NCBI GenBank assembly: GCA_965219085.1
Contig: OZ244720.1
Coordinates: 2,240,001 to 2,304,000, forward strand
Origin: Dehalococcoidia bacterium
GTDB taxonomy: Bacteria; Chloroflexota; Dehalococcoidia; UBA2979
Length of the DNA stretch: 64,000 bases
Direction: 5' to 3'
Positions within the stretch are counted from its first letter, which is position 1. The number at the start of each line of letters is the position of its first letter. Of the stretch, positions 18,843 to 29,552 are shown piece by piece. The position numbers and the translations under genes were made by a program. Below the pieces are notes generated by a model. It saw only the letters and a list, made by a program, of their open reading frames with translations. It did not search any database and was not told the origin of the DNA.

Positions 18843-21350
18843 ATGACCACACTCATGCCGCTGGACGACGTGCGCGTGATCGACCTGACGCAACACGCGG
18901 CGGGCCCGTTCTGCACGCGCGTCCTCGCCGACTCCGGCGCCGAGGTGATCAAGGTCGAGCGGCCCGGCGGCGACCCCGCGCGGGCGCTGCCCCCGTTCTT
19001 CGGCGACGTGCCCGGGCTCGACCGCTCCGGCATGTTCCTGTTCCTCAACACCAACAAGCACAGCGTCATCCTCGACCTCCGCACGGACGAGGGCCGCGAG
19101 CGCCTGCTCGACCTCGTCGCGACGGCCGACGTGCTCGTCGAGAACTACCGGCCCGGCGTCATGGAGCGGCTCGGGCTCGGCTACGAGGTGCTGCGCGAGG
19201 TGCAGCCGAAGCTCGTCATGACCTCGATCACCAACTTCGGGCAGACCGGCCCGTACCGCGACTTCGAGGGCACCGACCTGACGCTCTACGCCATGGGCGG
19301 GCCGATGGCGAGCTCCGGCAACGCCGACCACTACCCGCTCAAGACCGCCGGACGCGTGACCCTCTACCACGCCGGATACTCCGGCGCGCTCGCCACGGCC
19401 GTCGCGCTGCGCGCCGCCGAGGCGACCGGCCACGGCGAACACCTCGACGTGAGCGTCTATGAGACGGCGGCGCACTCCATCGACATGCGGCTCTCCAGGC
19501 TGATCGGGTACCAGTACGCGGGACGCGTCCTCGGCCGTATGCCGCTCGGATGGTCCGTCGGCGCCGGAACGCTCCCCTCCAGGGACGGCTTCTACATGAT
19601 GGGCGGCAGCGCCGACCGGCTGGATCGCACACTGCGCATGATCGGCCGCGAAGACCTCCTCGACACCGAGGAGTGGGGCACACTCGCGGAGCGCTCGAAA
19701 CCGGGGCGCTACGAGCAGTTCATGGACTACCTGCTGCCGTGGATGGCCGAGCGCACGAAGCGCGAGATCCGCGACATCTCGCAGGAGTTCGGCGTGATGG
19801 GCGGACCGATCAACACCATCGCAGACCTGCTCGAAGACGAGAACTTCACGTACCGGCGCTTCTTCCAGACCATCGACCACCCCGAAACCGGGCCGATCCA
19901 GTACCCCGGCTACCACCACACGCTCTACCGCGAGGACGAACCGATGCCGAAGCGGCGTCGCGCACCACGCCTCGGCGAGCACACTCGCGAGGTCCTCGAC
20001 GGGCTGCCCGGACGGCAGGCACGGACGGGCTCGCCACCACCGGCGCGGCGCGAGCGGCTGCCGCTGGAGGGCGTGCGCATCATCGATTTCACGGTGGTGT
20101 TCGCCGGCCCGTACTCGACGATGCACCTCGCCGAGTGGGGCGCCGAGGTGATCCGCGTCGAGTCACTCCAGCACTTCGCCTCGAACACGCGCGGCACAGT
20201 CGCCCGCCCGCCCGCCTCGCTGGTCGAGGCGCAGTCGAACATTGCGGCGCCGTACCCGGACAACGAGCCGGGAGAGCGGCCGTGGAACCGCGCCGGCACC
20301 TTCAACCACCACGCCCGCAACAAGCTCTCGATGACCCTCGACCTCACCCGCCCCGAAGGGCAGGAGGTCCTGCACCGGCTCGTCGAGGTCTCGGACGGGC
20401 TGATGGAGAACAACCTGCCGCCCAACATCGAGAAGCACGGCGTCAGCTGGGAGCAGCTCGGGCGGGTGAACCCGCGCCTCGTAATGGTGCGCATCCCGGC
20501 ATTCGGCGTCGAGGGTCCGTACCGCGGCTACCGCACGTTCGGGAACCACATGGAGGCGCTCACCGGCCACCCGGCGATCCGCTCGTACCCGGAGCTGAGC
20601 TACGAGTACGCCCCGACGGGTGTGCCCTCGGACGCTGCGTCCGGGGTGGGCTCCGCCTACGCGTTCCTGATGGGGCTGCGCTACCGCGAGCGCACCGGCA
20701 AGGGGCTGTTCGTCGAGCTCGCGACAGCGGAGAACTTCGTGCCGCTGCTCGGCGAGTTCGTCATGGACTACACGATGAACGGGCGGCTCTGGGAGAAGAT
20801 GGGCAACGACCACTTCTGGCTGGCCCCGCACAACGTCTACCCCGCGCATGGCCTCGACTGCTGGGTCACCATCGCCGTGCGTAACGAGGAGGCCTGGCGA
20901 CGACTCTGCGATGCGATGCGCCGCGAGGACCTCGTCGACGACCCGCGCTTCCGCGACATGGCGAGCCGGCACGCGAACCGCGGCGAACTCGACGCGATCA
21001 TCGCCGAGTGGACGTCGATCCGCGATGCGCGATGGGTGATGCATCGCCTCCAGTACCAGGGCGTCCCGGCGGGTGCCGTGATGAACGACGCCGACGCCTA
21101 CGAGGACCGACACCACGAGGCGCGAGGCTTCTTCCAGACCATATCCACGCCGGAGGCCGGGACGCATCGGTACGTTGGGCGGGCCTGGAAGGCGAGCGCT
21201 ACGCCGGAGCCACCCGCGCGTCACGCGCCGCTCCTCGGCGAGCACAACGAGTACGTCTACCGCGAGGTGCTGGGCTTCAGCGAGGCGGAGTACCGGCGCT
21301 TCGAGGAGCTCGGCCACATCGGCACGGAGTACGACCCGAGCGTGCGCTGA
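18843..21350 (+). CDS. CaiB/BaiF family III CoA-transferase, two fused domains
   Basis: PLDDVRVIDLT..AGPF..GAEVIKVE and PLEGVRIIDFT..AGPY..GAEVIRVE; two AP.LGEH ends. Confidence 0.93.
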   Translation: MTTLMPLDDVRVIDLTQHAAGPFCTRVLADSGAEVIKVERPGGDPARALPPFFGDVPGLDRSGMFLFLNTNKHSVILDLRTDEGRERLLDLVATADVLVENYRPGVMERLGLGYEVLREVQPKLVMTSITNFGQTGPYRDFEGTDLTLYAMGGPMASSGNADHYPLKTAGRVTLYHAGYSGALATAVALRAAEATGHGEHLDVSVYETAAHSIDMRLSRLIGYQYAGRVLGRMPLGWSVGAGTLPSRDGFYMMGGSADRLDRTLRMIGREDLLDTEEWGTLAERSKPGRYEQFMDYLLPWMAERTKREIRDISQEFGVMGGPINTIADLLEDENFTYRRFFQTIDHPETGPIQYPGYHHTLYREDEPMPKRRRAPRLGEHTREVLDGLPGRQARTGSPPPARRERLPLEGVRIIDFTVVFAGPYSTMHLAEWGAEVIRVESLQHFASNTRGTVARPPASLVEAQSNIAAPYPDNEPGERPWNRAGTFNHHARNKLSMTLDLTRPEGQEVLHRLVEVSDGLMENNLPPNIEKHGVSWEQLGRVNPRLVMVRIPAFGVEGPYRGYRTFGNHMEALTGHPAIRSYPELSYEYAPTGVPSDAASGVGSAYAFLMGLRYRERTGKGLFVELATAENFVPLLGEFVMDYTMNGRLWEKMGNDHFWLAPHNVYPAHGLDCWVTIAVRNEEAWRRLCDAMRREDLVDDPRFRDMASRHANRGELDAIIAEWTSIRDARWVMHRLQYQGVPAGAVMNDADAYEDRHHEARGFFQTISTPEAGTHRYVGRAWKASATPEPPARHAPLLGEHNEYVYREVLGFSEAEYRRFEELGHIGTEYDPSVR

Positions 21351-21481
21351 GCCCACGTCGAGGGGTCGGCAAGGACGCCAGATTCCAGCGCGAGCGGCCT
21401 CGAAATACATCCCGTTACGAACGTAACGGATAGAGAATTCAGGTACCCTGCGCATGCGGTGGGCACGGTTCCGCTCCCACG

Positions 21482-21805
21482 GTGCCCATAGACAGGATGC
21501 ACACGCACGTGGCTCGGATCATTCCACAGGAAGAGCTCGAAGAACTTCTCGAGCCCTTCGGGGGCATCGAGAGCGCGATGGAGGGCTTGCGCGAGTCCGA
21601 GGCCAACCGGCGGCACCTTGAAGCGCACCGTGAAGAGTTGGAGCAGCAGTATCCGGACGAGTGGATCGGAATGCTGCATCAGCGTGTCGTTGCGCACGGG
21701 GATAACGCCCAGGAGGTTCGGCAGGCCGTCGTCGACGCTGGGGGAGACCCGCACAGTGTGTTCCTGGAACACTTGACGACCGAAGAACAGACCTGGTTGC
21801 TGTAG
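21482..21805 (+). CDS. DUF5678-like small protein
   Basis: LEAHREELEQQYPDEWIGM...VVAHGDN. Confidence 0.6.
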   Translation: MPIDRMHTHVARIIPQEELEELLEPFGGIESAMEGLRESEANRRHLEAHREELEQQYPDEWIGMLHQRVVAHGDNAQEVRQAVVDAGGDPHSVFLEHLTTEEQTWLL

Positions 21806-21864
21806 GCTTCCGTGCCACACGTTATTTCCAGGGGACCCGGAGGCGGCCCTACATTCGCGCGAGG

Positions 21865-22248
21865 GTGATACTGCCCGGTCTCGGTGTCGCCGGCGAGGTT
21901 CAGCTTCTCGTGGACACAGGTGCAGACACGACGACGATCCACTGGGGCGACCGGCACTTTCTGACCACTCGGGAGGGCGCTCCGTTGGCTCCCGACACGG
22001 TGCTCCTCGAACGCGCTCATGCTCTCGGGATCGCCAGCACGCCAGTCGAATACGGGCGCGAGGATGCGGTGCTCATGTTCACGACCGAGGACGGCACGCC
22101 GTGGGTCTGCGACGCGCGCGTGCACATCGAGCTCACTCCATCGGCTACCGACGTGCCCTCGCTGCTCGGGCGCGACGTACTGAGTGAGGCGCGGTTGGAC
22201 TTCAACATGCCCGCCGACGGCCTCGTCCTCGACTGGGCCCTCGCGTAG
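21865..22248 (+). CDS. Retropepsin-like aspartyl protease (start uncertain; frame is open upstream)
   Basis: LLVDTGADTT and SLLGRDVL. Confidence 0.8.
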   Translation: MILPGLGVAGEVQLLVDTGADTTTIHWGDRHFLTTREGAPLAPDTVLLERAHALGIASTPVEYGREDAVLMFTTEDGTPWVCDARVHIELTPSATDVPSLLGRDVLSEARLDFNMPADGLVLDWALA

Positions 22249-22282
22249 CGGCCGGTCGCACTCAGTTCAGGGCGGTGGGCCC

Positions 22283-23422
22283 TCAGCCCAGCAGGTCCGC
22301 GACGAGGTTCGCGAGCGGAATGGCGCAGGTCAGACCGGGCGACTCGATGCCGCCGAGGTGGACGTAACCAGCGTCGTGCCAGACGAGGAAGTCGGCCTGC
22401 GGCTCGCCCGCGTCGTGGAGCTTCGGGCGGTAGCCGACCTGGCCGGGGGCCAGGTCCTCGTCGGTCAGCGCCGGCAGGAGGCGTTGGCCGGCCGCGAGGA
22501 ACGCGGCGCGCGCCGCGTCGTCGTTGCGGTAGTCGAGCGCCGTGTCATCGTCGAGCCACGTCGCGTCGGGGCCGAGGTGCAGTGCGCCATCGGTGTCGAT
22601 GGTGAGGTGCACGCCGAGCGCCGCGCCCGCGTGGTCGGGCAGCGGGTAGATGAGCCGCGTCACGGCTTGCGCGAAGCCGGGGCCGACGACGTCGTAGTAG
22701 CGGCCGCGGCTCGCCGTCTGGCGCAGCCGGGGCGCCTCGCCCTCGCCGTCGAGGGGGTAGCCGAGCGCGTCCGCGATGTGCGGCGCGCCGTGGCCCGCGG
22801 CGTTGACGAGCGCCGCGGTGCGCAACTCGGAACGCTGCCCGTCGGCGTCACGCAGTTCGAGGCGGAAGGCCGCGCCGTCGCGCGACGCGGCCAGTACCTC
22901 GTGCTGGTAGGCGAAGAGCGCGCCGCCCTCGATCGCTGCCCCCTCGAACGAGCGCACGAGCCCGGCCTGATCGACGACGCCCGTGCTTGCGGAGAGCAGC
23001 GCGCCGGCAGCCGGGACGGCCGGTTCCAACGCGCGTGCCTCGGCGCCCGTGAGCCGCGAGATGCCCGGCACCCCGTTCGCGCCGGCCTGCTCCACGACGG
23101 CGTCGAGGCCGTCGAGATCGTCTCCGGCGAGCGCGACGATGAGCTTGCCGCAGCGGCGATGCACGACGTTGCGCTGCTCGCACCACTCGTACAGCAGCGC
23201 GTTGCCCTCGATGCATGCGCGGTGCTTGAGCGAGCCGGTCGGGTAGTAGATCCCGGCGTGGATCACGCCGCTGTTGTGGGAGCTCGTCTCGCGCCCGCTG
23301 CCCTCGTGGCGCTCGACGACGAGGACCGAGTGGTCGGGGGCGAGCGTGGCGGCGACGGCCGTGCCGAGGGCGCCCGCGCCGATGACGGCGACTTCGACGT
23401 CGTAGCCGGGCTGCCTGGTCAT
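22283..23422 (-). CDS. FAD-dependent oxidoreductase, L-2-hydroxyglutarate oxidase-like
   Basis: VIGAGALG, TSSHNSGVIHAGIYYPTGSLK, LGVHLT, GIESPGLT. Confidence 0.88.
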   Translation of the reverse strand: MTRQPGYDVEVAVIGAGALGTAVAATLAPDHSVLVVERHEGSGRETSSHNSGVIHAGIYYPTGSLKHRACIEGNALLYEWCEQRNVVHRRCGKLIVALAGDDLDGLDAVVEQAGANGVPGISRLTGAEARALEPAVPAAGALLSASTGVVDQAGLVRSFEGAAIEGGALFAYQHEVLAASRDGAAFRLELRDADGQRSELRTAALVNAAGHGAPHIADALGYPLDGEGEAPRLRQTASRGRYYDVVGPGFAQAVTRLIYPLPDHAGAALGVHLTIDTDGALHLGPDATWLDDDTALDYRNDDAARAAFLAAGQRLLPALTDEDLAPGQVGYRPKLHDAGEPQADFLVWHDAGYVHLGGIESPGLTCAIPLANLVADLLG

Positions 23423-23665
23423 CGCGCACCTCGCGGCACGAGTGTACGGCCCGGCGGGGCCCGTCGGCGCGGCCCGGATCTGCGATGCGTCGCGCGCACA
23501 TCGCGGGAGCGACGGTGCAAGCGTCGATTGGTGCGCAGCTTTGGCAAGAAATCGACGTACGGCGGGGGCGCGTTGCCCGGAATGCTGTTACGATACGACA
23601 CCGTTAGCCGAGGCTAACATCCCACGTATGCTGCCACGCGCCCCGGGACCCTACGAGGAGCGTCG

Positions 23666-25294
23666 ATGACTGTTCGTGAAGCCGCGCTGCCGCTGCGGCG
23701 CGCCATGCGCGCGCGGCTGCCCGGTGAACGAGGCCCCTCCGCCGCCCTGTGGATACCCGCCATCCTGGTGGGGATCGCGTGCGTCATCCCGCCCGCCTAC
23801 CTGCTCGTGCGGGCCGGACAGTCGCCCGAGGCGGCGTGGGACGCGCTGCTGGCCGGCTCGACGCTGCGGCTGGTGTGGAACACCGCTGCGCTCGCCTTCG
23901 CCGCCACGGCCCTCGCCGCCGCGCTCGCACTCCCGATCGCATGGCTCACGGTGCGCACGGACTTGCCGGCGAGGCGGCTGATGGCCGTGCTCGCCGCGCT
24001 GCCGCTCGCGATCCCCTCGTACATCGCGGCGTGGCTCGCGGTGTCCGCGTTCGGGCCGCGCGGGCTGTTGCAGGACGCGCTGGCGCCCCTCGGCGTCGAG
24101 CGACTGCCGTCGATCTACGGCTTCTGGGGCGCGACGGCCGTGATCGCGCTGTGCACGTACCCGTACCTGCTGCTCACCCTGCGCCCGGCCATCGCCGGGC
24201 TCGACCCGCGGCTCGAGGAGCTCTCGCGCGGGTTCGGTCATGGGCGCATCCACACGTTCCGCTACGTGGTGCTGCCGCAGCTGCGGCCCGCCCTCGCCGC
24301 GGGCGGGCTGCTTGTCGCGCTGTACGCGATCTCCGACTTCGGCGCGGTCGCGCTGCTGCGCTACGACTCGCTCACGCGTGCGCTCTTCGTGCGCTACGAG
24401 GCCGGCTTCGACCTCAGTGGCGCCGCGGCGCTCGCGCTCGTGCTCGTGAGTCTCGCGCTCACGCTCGTCGTGTTCGAGATGTGGACGCGTGGGCGCACGC
24501 GCTACCACGCGGCCCACGGCGCCGGGCGGGCCGCCCGCACGGCGAGGCCCCACGGGCTGGGGCGCTGGCGCTGGCCGGCATTCGCGTTTGTCGCCGGGGT
24601 GCTGACGCTCGCGCTGGCGATGCCCGTCGCGCTGCTCGGCTACTGGCTCGTACGAGGGCTCTCAGCCGGTGAGGCAGTGCGAGGCGTCGTGATCGCGGCG
24701 ATGGACTCGCTGCTCGCCTCGGGGCTGGCAGCGGCGGCAGCGGCGCTCGCCGCCTTCCCGATCGCGATGCTCGCGTCGCGCCACCGCGGCTTTGCGCTCA
24801 CGCGGCCGCTGGAGGCGCTGAGCTACACCGGCTTCGCGCTGCCGGGGCTCGTCGTGGCGCTCGCGCTGGTGTTCGCCGCACTGGGTACGGGGCTGCTCTA
24901 CCAGTCGCTGACGCTGCTCGTGCTCGCGTACGCGCTGCTGTTCCTCCCGCAGGCAGTGGGCGCGACGCGCGTCTCGATGCTGCAGTTGCGCCCCTCGATG
25001 GAGGAGGCAGCGCGCGGGCTCGGGCGACGGCCGTGGGAGGTGCTGCACTCGATCACGCTGCCGCTGACGGCTCGCGGCATCCTCGCGGGGTCCGTGCTCG
25101 TCTTCCTCACGGCGATGAAGGAGCTGCCCGCCACGCTGCTGCTGAGCCCGATCGGGTTCGAAACGCTCGCGGCCCGTGTGTGGACGGCGTCGAGCGAGGC
25201 GTTCTTCGCGCAGGCGGCGCTGCCCGCGCTCGCGCTGATCGCGCTCTCCGCGCTCCCGCTCGCCGTGCTCGCCGTGACGAGACGCGATGCCTGA
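23666..25294 (+). CDS. Fe3+-type ABC transporter permease (FbpB-like)
   Basis: Two EAA loops (LEELSRGFG, MEEAARGLG), ISDFGAV, MKELPAT. Confidence 0.9.
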   Translation: MTVREAALPLRRAMRARLPGERGPSAALWIPAILVGIACVIPPAYLLVRAGQSPEAAWDALLAGSTLRLVWNTAALAFAATALAAALALPIAWLTVRTDLPARRLMAVLAALPLAIPSYIAAWLAVSAFGPRGLLQDALAPLGVERLPSIYGFWGATAVIALCTYPYLLLTLRPAIAGLDPRLEELSRGFGHGRIHTFRYVVLPQLRPALAAGGLLVALYAISDFGAVALLRYDSLTRALFVRYEAGFDLSGAAALALVLVSLALTLVVFEMWTRGRTRYHAAHGAGRAARTARPHGLGRWRWPAFAFVAGVLTLALAMPVALLGYWLVRGLSAGEAVRGVVIAAMDSLLASGLAAAAAALAAFPIAMLASRHRGFALTRPLEALSYTGFALPGLVVALALVFAALGTGLLYQSLTLLVLAYALLFLPQAVGATRVSMLQLRPSMEEAARGLGRRPWEVLHSITLPLTARGILAGSVLVFLTAMKELPATLLLSPIGFETLAARVWTASSEAFFAQAALPALALIALSALPLAVLAVTRRDA

Positions 25295-26345
25295 CGGCCC
25301 GCCCGCGCTGCGCGCCGCCGGGCTCTCGCGTCACTACGGCAGTGTCACGGCCGTCGACGACTTCAGCCTCGAGGTCGAGGCCGGCGAGTTCTGCGCCATC
25401 CTCGGGCCAAGCGGATCGGGGAAGACCACCGCGCTGCGGCTGATCGCGGGCTTCGAGCGGCCCGACGGCGGCACGCTCGAGCTGTTCGGGGAGCCCGCCG
25501 CGGGCGGCTCGACGTTTGTGCCGCCCGACCGCCGCGACGTCGGGATGGTGTTCCAGGACTACGCGCTGTTCCCGCACATGAACGTCGCGGAGAACGTCGC
25601 GTACGGCCTGCGCGGCGGCGTCCGCAGCGGCCGCGAGCGTCGCGAGCGCGTGAGCGAGGTCCTCGACCTCACGGGCCTCACCGGCCTCGCGGAGCGCAGC
25701 GTGCACGAGCTGTCGGGCGGCGAACAGCAGCGCGCCGCGCTCGCGCGCGCGCTCGCGCCCGGCCCACGCATGTTGCTGCTCGACGAGCCGTTCTCGAACC
25801 TCGACGCGAGCCTGCGCGAGCGGCTGCGCCTCGAGGTGCGCGAGATCGTGCGGCGCGCGGGTGCGACGGCGATCCTCGTCACGCACGAGCAGGAGGAGGC
25901 GCTGTCGCTGGCCGACCGCGTCGCGTTCATGTGGCAGGGGCGCATCGAGCAGAGCGGGACGCCCGAGGCGATCTACCGCGAGCCGCGCACCCTGCACATC
26001 GCGACGAGCATCGGCGACGCGATCGTGCTGTCGGCGCCCGTTCGCGACGGGCGCGTGCGGAGTCCGTTCGGCGAGCATCCGGCGCCCGCGGACGCCGCCG
26101 AATGCGCCGTCGTGATCCGGCCCGAGGACGTGGTGATCAGCCCGGCGGGCGAGCCGGGCGTGCCCGGCGAGGTGCTGGGCCGCACCTTCTACGGCCACGA
26201 CCAGATGCTGCGCGTGCGCACCGATGCCGGAGACGAGCTACAGGTGCGCGTCGGCTCCGACGAGGCGTACGAGCGCCTCGGCAGCGTCGCGCTGAGCCTG
26301 CGGCGGGAGCCGCGAGTCTTCGCGCGGGACCTCGACGCCGGGTAG
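25287..26345 (+). CDS. ABC transporter ATP-binding protein (FbpC/PotA-like)
   Basis: GPSGSGKT, LSGGEQQR, LLLDEPFSNLD. Confidence 0.92.
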   Translation: MPDGPPALRAAGLSRHYGSVTAVDDFSLEVEAGEFCAILGPSGSGKTTALRLIAGFERPDGGTLELFGEPAAGGSTFVPPDRRDVGMVFQDYALFPHMNVAENVAYGLRGGVRSGRERRERVSEVLDLTGLTGLAERSVHELSGGEQQRAALARALAPGPRMLLLDEPFSNLDASLRERLRLEVREIVRRAGATAILVTHEQEEALSLADRVAFMWQGRIEQSGTPEAIYREPRTLHIATSIGDAIVLSAPVRDGRVRSPFGEHPAPADAAECAVVIRPEDVVISPAGEPGVPGEVLGRTFYGHDQMLRVRTDAGDELQVRVGSDEAYERLGSVALSLRREPRVFARDLDAG

Positions 26346-26394
26346 CTCCGCCCTCCCCGTTTGACGCGCAGCGTGGAGCGCCGACAATACCGCC

Positions 26395-26745
26395 GTGACT
26401 ACCGTCGGACCCGGATCCGTTCCCGCGCCCGTCGAGGCGCCTCGTGAGGCCGGAGAGCCCGAGTCGGCGCTCGAGCCGCTCTACCACCTCGTGCTGCTCG
26501 ACGACGACCACCACACGTACGCATACGTGATCGAGATGCTGGGCAAGATCTTCGGCTACGGCCGCGAGAAGTCGTACGCCCTCGCGAGCATCGTCGACAG
26601 CGCCGGCCGCGTCGTGGTCGAGACCGCCGACCACGACCGGGTGACGCTCGACCAGGGCAAGGTCCACGGCCATGGCGCCGACCCGCGCATCCCCGACTGC
26701 AAGGGCTCGATGTCGGCGATCGTCGAAGCGGCGGAGCGGTCGTGA
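26395..26745 (+). CDS. clpS: ATP-dependent Clp protease adaptor ClpS
   Basis: LYHLVLLDDDHHTYAYVIEML..IFG. Confidence 0.82.
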   Translation: MTTVGPGSVPAPVEAPREAGEPESALEPLYHLVLLDDDHHTYAYVIEMLGKIFGYGREKSYALASIVDSAGRVVVETADHDRVTLDQGKVHGHGADPRIPDCKGSMSAIVEAAERS

Positions 26746-28313
26746 GCGGCGCCGGGCCGGCCATCGCGCCCGGAACGGTGGCGCGCGCACCCGTCGACGG
26801 CTCGCTGAACCTCGCACGTGCGTGCATCGAGGGCTGGGCGAGCGACCCCGACCACGCGGACCGGCCGGCGTTCACGTTCCTGTCTGGCCCGGGGCCCGGC
26901 GACGCCGAGTCGTGGACGTACGCCGAGGTGTGGGAGCGCGTGCAGCGCGTCGCGCGAGGACTCCTCGCGCGCGGGTTGGAGCCGGGCGACCGTGTGCTCG
27001 TGCGGCTGCCGCACTCGCCGGCCTACGCGTTCGCGTTCTTCGGCGCGAACGCGGCCGGGCTCGTGCCGATCCCGGCGTCGCCGCAGCTCACGGAGGGCGA
27101 GGCGACGTTCCTGGTCGACGACGCGGAGCCGCGCGCCGCCTTCACCACCCGCGAGCTCGCCGTGCCGGGCTTCGACGGCCTCGAGCTCCACGCCGAGGAC
27201 CTCGACACGCTCGACGGCGGCGGCGCGCTGCCGGAGACGGCGGCCGAGGATCCTGCGTTCCTCATCTACACCTCGGGCACGCAGGCGCGACCGAAGGGCG
27301 TCCTGCACGCGCAGCGCACGCTGTACGGGCGCGCGCTGATGTGGGGAGCGTGGCAGGGCTTCGGCCCCACCGATGTGGCCCTCCACGCGGGCACGCTGAA
27401 CTGGTCGTACACCCTCGGCGTCGGTCTGATGGACGTGTGGGCCTCGGGTGGGCACGCGATGCTCTACGGCGGGCCGCCCGACCCGGCCGTCTGGGCGTCG
27501 CTCATCGCGCACCATCGCATCACCGTCTTCACCGCCGTGCCGACGGTGCACCGGCAGCTCCTCAAGTACGGCGCGCCCGAGGAGCACGACTTCTCGTCGC
27601 TGCGGCACTGCCTGTGCGCCGGCGAGCCGCTGCTCCCCGCGCTGCGGGGCGAGTGGCTCGAGCGCATCGGCGTGGAGATGTACGAGGCGCTCGGCATGAC
27701 CGAGGTGAGCACGTACGTCTCCTCGGGGCCGGCCGCGCCGGTGCGGGCCGGCTCGCCGGGGCAGCCGCAGCCCGGCCGCCGGGTCGCGATCCTGCCGGAG
27801 GACGGCGGCGCGGAGCCGCTGCCGCCGGGCGAGGTCGGCCTGCTGGCGGTGCATCGCTCCGACCCCGGCCTGATGCTCGGCTACTGGCGGCGGCCCGACG
27901 AGGCGGCGTCGGTGTACCGCGGCGAGTGGTTCGCCGGAGGCGACCTTGCCGCGCTCGACGAGGACGGCTACGTCTGGTTCCAGGGCCGCGCCGACGACGT
28001 GATCAAGTCGTTCGGCTACCGCCTCTCGCCGGTCGAGATAGAGGCGGCGCTGGAGTCGGCGCCCGGCGTCGCCGAGGTGGCGGTCGTGGGATTGGAGATC
28101 GACGCCGCGAAGACACTGGTCACCGCGTGCGTGGTGCCCGAGGAGGGCGTGGCCCTCGAGGAGCAGGCGCTGCGCGCCCACGCCGAGGCGCGCCTCGCGG
28201 GCTACAAACAGCCGCACCAGTACGTGCCGGTCGCGGAGTTGCCGCGCACCCGCAACGGCAAGCTGCAGCGCAGCGCCCTCGTCGAGCGGCTCACCGCGGA
28301 CCTCGCCGGGTAG
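26742..28313 (+). CDS. Acyl-CoA synthetase / AMP-binding ligase
   Basis: IYTSGTQARPKG, GRADDVIKSFGYRLSPVEIE, LPRTRNGK. Confidence 0.92.
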   Translation: MSGAGPAIAPGTVARAPVDGSLNLARACIEGWASDPDHADRPAFTFLSGPGPGDAESWTYAEVWERVQRVARGLLARGLEPGDRVLVRLPHSPAYAFAFFGANAAGLVPIPASPQLTEGEATFLVDDAEPRAAFTTRELAVPGFDGLELHAEDLDTLDGGGALPETAAEDPAFLIYTSGTQARPKGVLHAQRTLYGRALMWGAWQGFGPTDVALHAGTLNWSYTLGVGLMDVWASGGHAMLYGGPPDPAVWASLIAHHRITVFTAVPTVHRQLLKYGAPEEHDFSSLRHCLCAGEPLLPALRGEWLERIGVEMYEALGMTEVSTYVSSGPAAPVRAGSPGQPQPGRRVAILPEDGGAEPLPPGEVGLLAVHRSDPGLMLGYWRRPDEAASVYRGEWFAGGDLAALDEDGYVWFQGRADDVIKSFGYRLSPVEIEAALESAPGVAEVAVVGLEIDAAKTLVTACVVPEEGVALEEQALRAHAEARLAGYKQPHQYVPVAELPRTRNGKLQRSALVERLTADLAG

Positions 28314-28337
28314 CGGCGGCCGCGCGGCCCACGTCGC

Positions 28338-28979
28338 TCAGTCCGTTCGCGTCACGAACGCCTCGCCGTACTGACGGGCGTGCTCCGCGCGCCGCACGTC
28401 GAGGGCGGCGCGCCCCTCTGGTGTATCGAGGCCGTCGAGGAGCATCACGAGCGCATCCTCGTCGTTGTCTTTGTAGTAGCGGCGCAGCCGGCCGTGGCTG
28501 CGGAACCCGTAGCGCGCGTAGAGGTTGACCGCGCGCGCGTTCGTCGTGCGCACCTCGAGCGCGACGCTGTCGAGGTCGGCCGCGACGGCGAGGTCGCACA
28601 CGGCCAGCAGCAGCGCCTGGCCGATGCCGAGCCCGTGGTACTGCGGCGCAACGGCGATGGTCACGAGGTGCAGTTGGTCGTGGGTGAACCATGCGCCGGC
28701 GTAGCCGCCGATCGGCGCGCCGGCCGGGCCGAACGGCAGGCGGTCGGGGAGGAACTGCACCATCCGCGCCCACCAGCCGCGCACCTGCGGCGGCGCCGCG
28801 GCCGACTCCCCGACATCGGCCACGAGGAACTGCGCGAGCCCGTTCAGCAGCTCGCGCCGGAATCCCGAGCGAGGACTCTGCGATCCGTAGGCGTCGCGCT
28901 CGACGCGCACCGCGGCGCGCACGTCGCCGGGACGCATCGGGCGAATGGTGACGGTGCTCGGGCGAGCGAGGGCGCACAT
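28338..28979 (-). CDS. rimI: Ribosomal-protein-alanine N-acetyltransferase RimI (GNAT)
   Basis: LHLVTIAVAPQYHGLGIG, LEVRTTNARAVNLY..YGF...RRYYKDNDEDALVM. Confidence 0.85.
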   Translation of the reverse strand: MCALARPSTVTIRPMRPGDVRAAVRVERDAYGSQSPRSGFRRELLNGLAQFLVADVGESAAAPPQVRGWWARMVQFLPDRLPFGPAGAPIGGYAGAWFTHDQLHLVTIAVAPQYHGLGIGQALLLAVCDLAVAADLDSVALEVRTTNARAVNLYARYGFRSHGRLRRYYKDNDEDALVMLLDGLDTPEGRAALDVRRAEHARQYGEAFVTRTD

Positions 28980-29093
28980 GTGGCGATCGTATCGCGTATG
29001 CGACGAACGTACCGCGCCATCACCACCTCGGCCCTCCCGCGCGCAGCGTCTACCGTCCGCCGCACGCAGACCCGAGTACCGAGGAGGACCACG

Positions 29094-29552
29094 ATGGAAG
29101 ACCACAACGAACTGACGCTGAGCGACGCCGAAGGCGAAGACCTGCCCGACGAGGCGCTCGCCGAACTTGCCGCGATCGGGGACGACGAGCCCAACGCCGA
29201 GGCCACCGCCGAGCACACCTCGGAGGAGATCGCGAGCCTGCGCGCGGACCTCGACGCCGAGCGCGCCGCCCGGCGGACCGCCGTCGCGCGTTACCGCGAT
29301 GCGGTGCTGGCGGCGGAGCCGGCGCTGCCGCCGGAGCTCATCGCCGGCGACAGCCTCGCCGAGGTCGACGCCTCGGTGGAGGCGGCGCGGCGCGCCGTGG
29401 CGCAGATCCGCGAGCGCCTCGCGACCGAGGCGGACGAGGCCGCCGCGCGCGGCTTCCCCGTCGGCGCACCCGGCCGCCGGGAGCCGAGCGCCGAGGGGAT
29501 GTCGGCGACCGAGAAGATCGCGTTCGGACTGGAGCGACGCGCCGCAAGCTGA
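29094..29552 (+). CDS. Putative capsid scaffolding protein
   Basis: Acidic N-terminus, coiled-coil-like middle, C-terminal PVGAP.R...MSATEKIAFGL; directly upstream of the capsid gene; GAGGAGG RBS. Confidence 0.65.
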   Translation: MEDHNELTLSDAEGEDLPDEALAELAAIGDDEPNAEATAEHTSEEIASLRADLDAERAARRTAVARYRDAVLAAEPALPPELIAGDSLAEVDASVEAARRAVAQIRERLATEADEAAARGFPVGAPGRREPSAEGMSATEKIAFGLERRAAS

